Part shown: piece by piece, positions 55,933-59,013 of the stretch
How positions within the stretch are numbered: the first letter of the stretch is position 1
How the letters are laid out: every line of letters starts with the position of its first letter
Assembly: GCA_046485185.1 (NCBI GenBank)
Contig: JAWOHL010000045.1
Coordinates: 1 to 59,013 of the forward strand
Reading direction: 5' to 3'
DNA: 59,013 bases
Source of the DNA: Candidatus Fermentibacteraceae bacterium
GTDB lineage: Bacteria; Fermentibacterota; Fermentibacteria; Fermentibacterales; JCC-6
Translations under genes and position numbers: made by a program
Notes under the pieces: model-generated
The model's database searches: none
Told to the model about the DNA's origin: nothing
The model's input: the letters and a program-made list of their open reading frames with translations, nothing else

Positions 55933-57329
55933 CCGCCGGCATTCTCCTCTGCGTTGCGGCTTCGCTCTCCCGAACCGTTTTTCTCGACATCGAACTCTTC
56001 AGGGAACAGGACCTCACCCGCGCCGTTTTCACGGTAACCGGCTTGCAGGGCGATGACATGAGGTTTTCAAGGGTATCGCAGGACTACGACCCCGAATACA
56101 TGTCCGTGACCTTTCTCGGCGCGAGCCGCGAGGTTCCGGTTTGGGGGGTGGACACCCTGACCGGCGCGGGCGGCTGGCCCAGGACCCTGATGGTCGCCAT
56201 GCCCGGCATAGAACCGGGAACCGGGGTGACGTGGACCTTCAGTGCCGAAGAGTTCGGCGAAAATGCCAGGAAGGGCTTCTGGTGGCACTGGAGCGGAACA
56301 CCCGGACCCGACTCGGTGAGGGTGTCGGTCCATTCTTCGCAGGAGTACGGTGTTCATCTCCGGGGCTTCACCGAAGTCGAGCCGGGAGTTTTCGTTTCCC
56401 TTTCTGAGAACACCCGGGCAATATGGTTGGGTTCTCCATCCACCTGGCGTGAAACAGGGGGGATGGTGATGGGCGCAGCCCTTTCAGTGCTTTCCGCAGG
56501 TGATCCCTTTCCGCCCGACCTCACCGAAGCCGTGATCCAGGCAGGAGCGGCAGGCGTCTCGGTGGACCTTTTTCTGGGCAGGGCGAGGACACTGATCTCA
56601 GACAACATCCGCGTCATATCGCCCAGGGGGGAAGCCGCGCTCAGGGTGAGGTCTCTTCAGGCCATACTCGACACCAGGTACGCCACGCCTCTGGAAACGG
56701 CCATGCTTTTCTGCGCCATGGCCAGGCGGGCCGGACACGAAGCCCGTCTGGCGGCGGCCCGCAACGACCTTCCGCCATTCCCGTACCCAATAGGCTGGAA
56801 CAGGTTTCTCGTCAGGGTGGACACCCCTGACGGCGCCCTGTGGTTCGAGCCTTCGGCGCCGCTGTCACCCGCCGGTTACGTGGAATCATCCGACACACTG
56901 TTCGTTCTGGTCGAGGGGATGGACCAGGTCCTCACCATCGACCCGAACCCGGGAACGGGCAACCTCTGCCGCGAAAACTGGACGATGGACCCTTCGGCGG
57001 GAACCTTCACACTGACCCTGGACTGCAGGGGAGGGTTCGACATGGAACTCCGGGAACGGCTCGGAGGGATGCCCGCGCGGGATGCTCTGCTGGCGCTCTC
57101 CGATTGGTTCCGTGTCTCGGGGATACACCTTTTCCCCACATCCTGCGTCACATCGGACTTTTTCGATCTGGCAACCCCCGCGACCCTCACAGTGAACGGT
57201 GTGCTTTCGGGATCTTCTTCGCCCGTTTACGAAAGGGTTCCGGAACTCGCATGGCGAAGCCCCGGCGAAAGGGTGGTCGAGGTCAACGGTTCACCGGTTC
57301 TGGGAAAGGTCCTTCTGAGGATTGAATAG
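55929..57329 (+). CDS. DUF3857/transglutaminase-like paralog with degenerate triad
   Basis: MPGIEPGT; ILDTRYATPLE, WNRFLV, WFEPS at the triad-equivalent positions; ATGA overlap with the upstream paralog. Confidence 0.7.
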   Translation: MTAGILLCVAASLSRTVFLDIELFREQDLTRAVFTVTGLQGDDMRFSRVSQDYDPEYMSVTFLGASREVPVWGVDTLTGAGGWPRTLMVAMPGIEPGTGVTWTFSAEEFGENARKGFWWHWSGTPGPDSVRVSVHSSQEYGVHLRGFTEVEPGVFVSLSENTRAIWLGSPSTWRETGGMVMGAALSVLSAGDPFPPDLTEAVIQAGAAGVSVDLFLGRARTLISDNIRVISPRGEAALRVRSLQAILDTRYATPLETAMLFCAMARRAGHEARLAAARNDLPPFPYPIGWNRFLVRVDTPDGALWFEPSAPLSPAGYVESSDTLFVLVEGMDQVLTIDPNPGTGNLCRENWTMDPSAGTFTLTLDCRGGFDMELRERLGGMPARDALLALSDWFRVSGIHLFPTSCVTSDFFDLATPATLTVNGVLSGSSSPVYERVPELAWRSPGERVVEVNGSPVLGKVLLRIE

Positions 57330-58731
57330 GCTTCTCGCTGTTCTGCTCGTTGTCATTGCCGGGGCCACGGTCAGGATCGTCCTTTACCGGGCGAACGAAG
57401 ACCTCTTCGCACACCCGCAGGTGGATGAACTTGAATACCTCGAACCTCTTTCCACGCCCTTCGAAAGGCCTCCCGGAACCTATTTCGCCGCCAGGCTTCC
57501 TTACGCCCGAGTCGCCGTTTCCGTCATCTCGCTGCTTCCCTCCCTGTTCTTCCTTCTCGCGCTTCCGCGTACAAGGAGAAACCTTGTGCTGTCGGGGCTT
57601 CTGGCCGTTGAGCCTACACTTGCCCTCAGCGGGATTCAACTGCTCCCCGAAGCTCCAGCGGCGGCCCTCACGGCCCTCTGCCTCGTGCTCGCGCACAGTG
57701 GCCGCAACAGGATGGCAGGCTTCGTTCTGGGCGCCGCAGCGCTCTTCCGGGGGGAACTGCTGATCCTGCTGCCGCTGCTGCCCATCCTGGGCAGAAGGGG
57801 GAGGACCATGGCCCTCTTCGCCCTGGCCGCGGTGGCTCCGGTCGTTGCGGTGAACATGGCTTCCGGCGGCCCCCCCTCGGTGGCATCCACGGGCGGGATG
57901 AACCTGTGGATAGGTTCTGACTGGAGCCTTCTTTCGACCCCACCGGGAGTGGAGTTCGAACAGCTCATGGAGGTGCGGCCGGGGCACTCGTTCACCGAAA
58001 GGGCCGTGTCCATTATCGGGGAAGACCCAGCGGGATGGGCTTTAAGAGGGATGACGAAGTCTCTTGCCTTCTTCACGCTGCCGGGTCCGGGGCGCAACAT
58101 AGACTCGGGCGAAGCCCTGAAACCGCTCATCGTGCTTCTGGGGGTGACTGCCCTTTTTCTGGCGGGCGCGGCCGGCATCCGTCGCGATCTCGCGTCGTTG
58201 CTCATGCTTTCCGGAGTCCTGAGCGCCTTTCTCTTCTTCCCGTCCGTTCGCTACAGGGTTGTCTTTCTGCCCGCCTTCGCCCTGACCGCGGCCGCCCTTC
58301 CCTGGAGAAGGCTGCTTTTTGCGGTGCCCGCCGTTCTTGCCCTCAGCCTCTTCCTTCAATACCCGGGCCATGTCAGACCCGGGCTCAACACACTGCTGAC
58401 CGCTCAGAACGCCCTTCGGGAAAACGATGCCGCAGGGTGCCTGGCGCTGCTCGATGAAGCAGGGCAACAGGGCTTCGAGGGCGCGGACATCCACAATATC
58501 AGGGCATCCGCAATGGCAATCGAGGGCAGGGAGTTCCGGGATGTGCTGCTGGAGTTCGGACTGGCGCTGGAACTGGCTCCCCGGTCCCCGACGGTCTGGA
58601 GGAACATGGCGGCCTTCCTGTGGAACTACGGCAGGACGCAGCATGCACGGGAAGCCGCGCAAACTGCCGTGCGCCTCGATCCCGGGCTCGAAGCAGAGCT
58701 TTCTGAGATACTCTCCTCCCCGACGGAATAG
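57322..58731 (+). CDS. GT-C (PMT/ArnT/TMTC-like) membrane glycosyltransferase with C-terminal TPR
   Basis: Acidic loop VDELEY after TM1, RPPG, GGMNLWIG, RYRV..LP; many TM helices; TPR-like ALELAP...WRNMA..AVRLDP. Confidence 0.7.
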   Translation: MNRLLAVLLVVIAGATVRIVLYRANEDLFAHPQVDELEYLEPLSTPFERPPGTYFAARLPYARVAVSVISLLPSLFFLLALPRTRRNLVLSGLLAVEPTLALSGIQLLPEAPAAALTALCLVLAHSGRNRMAGFVLGAAALFRGELLILLPLLPILGRRGRTMALFALAAVAPVVAVNMASGGPPSVASTGGMNLWIGSDWSLLSTPPGVEFEQLMEVRPGHSFTERAVSIIGEDPAGWALRGMTKSLAFFTLPGPGRNIDSGEALKPLIVLLGVTALFLAGAAGIRRDLASLLMLSGVLSAFLFFPSVRYRVVFLPAFALTAAALPWRRLLFAVPAVLALSLFLQYPGHVRPGLNTLLTAQNALRENDAAGCLALLDEAGQQGFEGADIHNIRASAMAIEGREFRDVLLEFGLALELAPRSPTVWRNMAAFLWNYGRTQHAREAAQTAVRLDPGLEAELSEILSSPTE

Positions 58732-58782
58732 TCCGGCACCCTTTTTTGTAGAACCTTCGAACCACATCTGAAGGGAGATGGA

Positions 58783-59013
58783 ATGGTTTCCATACTGGCT
58801 CTGATGGTCATGACGGCCCTGAAGGGGGCCTCCGATTACGACGCGGTTGTTGAGCGGGTGTCCGGTATGACGTGGGACAGTGAGTTGACCCGTGTCTGCG
58901 ACCGGTACGGGCTCAACGTGGTGAACGTGACCTGGGAGGACACCGGGAGGTATGCCGGCTCCTGCTGGGGTCCCAACATCTCCGACCTGACCATACAGGT
59001 CCAGCACGGCACC
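58783..59013 (+). CDS. Conserved exported hypothetical protein, truncated by the window end
   Basis: Not in the ORF track; GGGAG RBS; MVSILALMVMTAL...GLNVVNVTWEDTGRYAGSCWGPNISDLTIQV; frame open to the edge. Confidence 0.75.
   Translation, partial: MVSILALMVMTALKGASDYDAVVERVSGMTWDSELTRVCDRYGLNVVNVTWEDTGRYAGSCWGPNISDLTIQVQHGT

Noticed and set aside
58725-58750. Intrinsic terminator before the T6 run after the GT-C/TPR gene
   Set aside because: No convincing GC stem directly upstream of the T run

Overview
A GC-rich, densely packed housekeeping and cell-envelope region from a diderm (lipid A/LPS-making) bacterium. The PorV-family barrel, DUF2723 and DUF3857/transglutaminase genes suggest an FCB-group-like lineage (inference only). 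About 57 CDS and one tRNA-Gly(CCC) are supported; I saw no mobile element, CRISPR array or rRNA. Contents: a sigma54 two-component pair, an archaeal-type gatE, hpf-hprK-ptsH-ptsI, sugar nucleotidyltransferase and GT4s, tatA, two MglA-type GTPases without mglB, topA-xerC-(DUF2723)-hslVU, dapF, polA, comEC, ddl-ltaE-gnnA-like-lpxB-(DUF374::waaA)-lpxK-nadB, dusB-lipA-lipM-like, and porV-surE-transglutaminase pair. The main lead is three GT-C-fold membrane glycosyltransferases resembling eukaryotic protein mannosyltransferases: a DPY19-like (Trp C-mannosyltransferase-like) protein at 22758-24914, a TMEM260/DUF2723 protein and a PMT/TMTC-like TPR protein. Other leads: bacterial GatE, an MglA coupled to an L7/L12-CTD/zinc-finger/TM protein, a CxxC in the second MglA switch I, a DUF374-WaaA fusion and a structured hpf leader. 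Family calls come from motif recognition from memory; no searches were run. Several starts were moved downstream of the ORF-track starts on RBS or overlap evidence.
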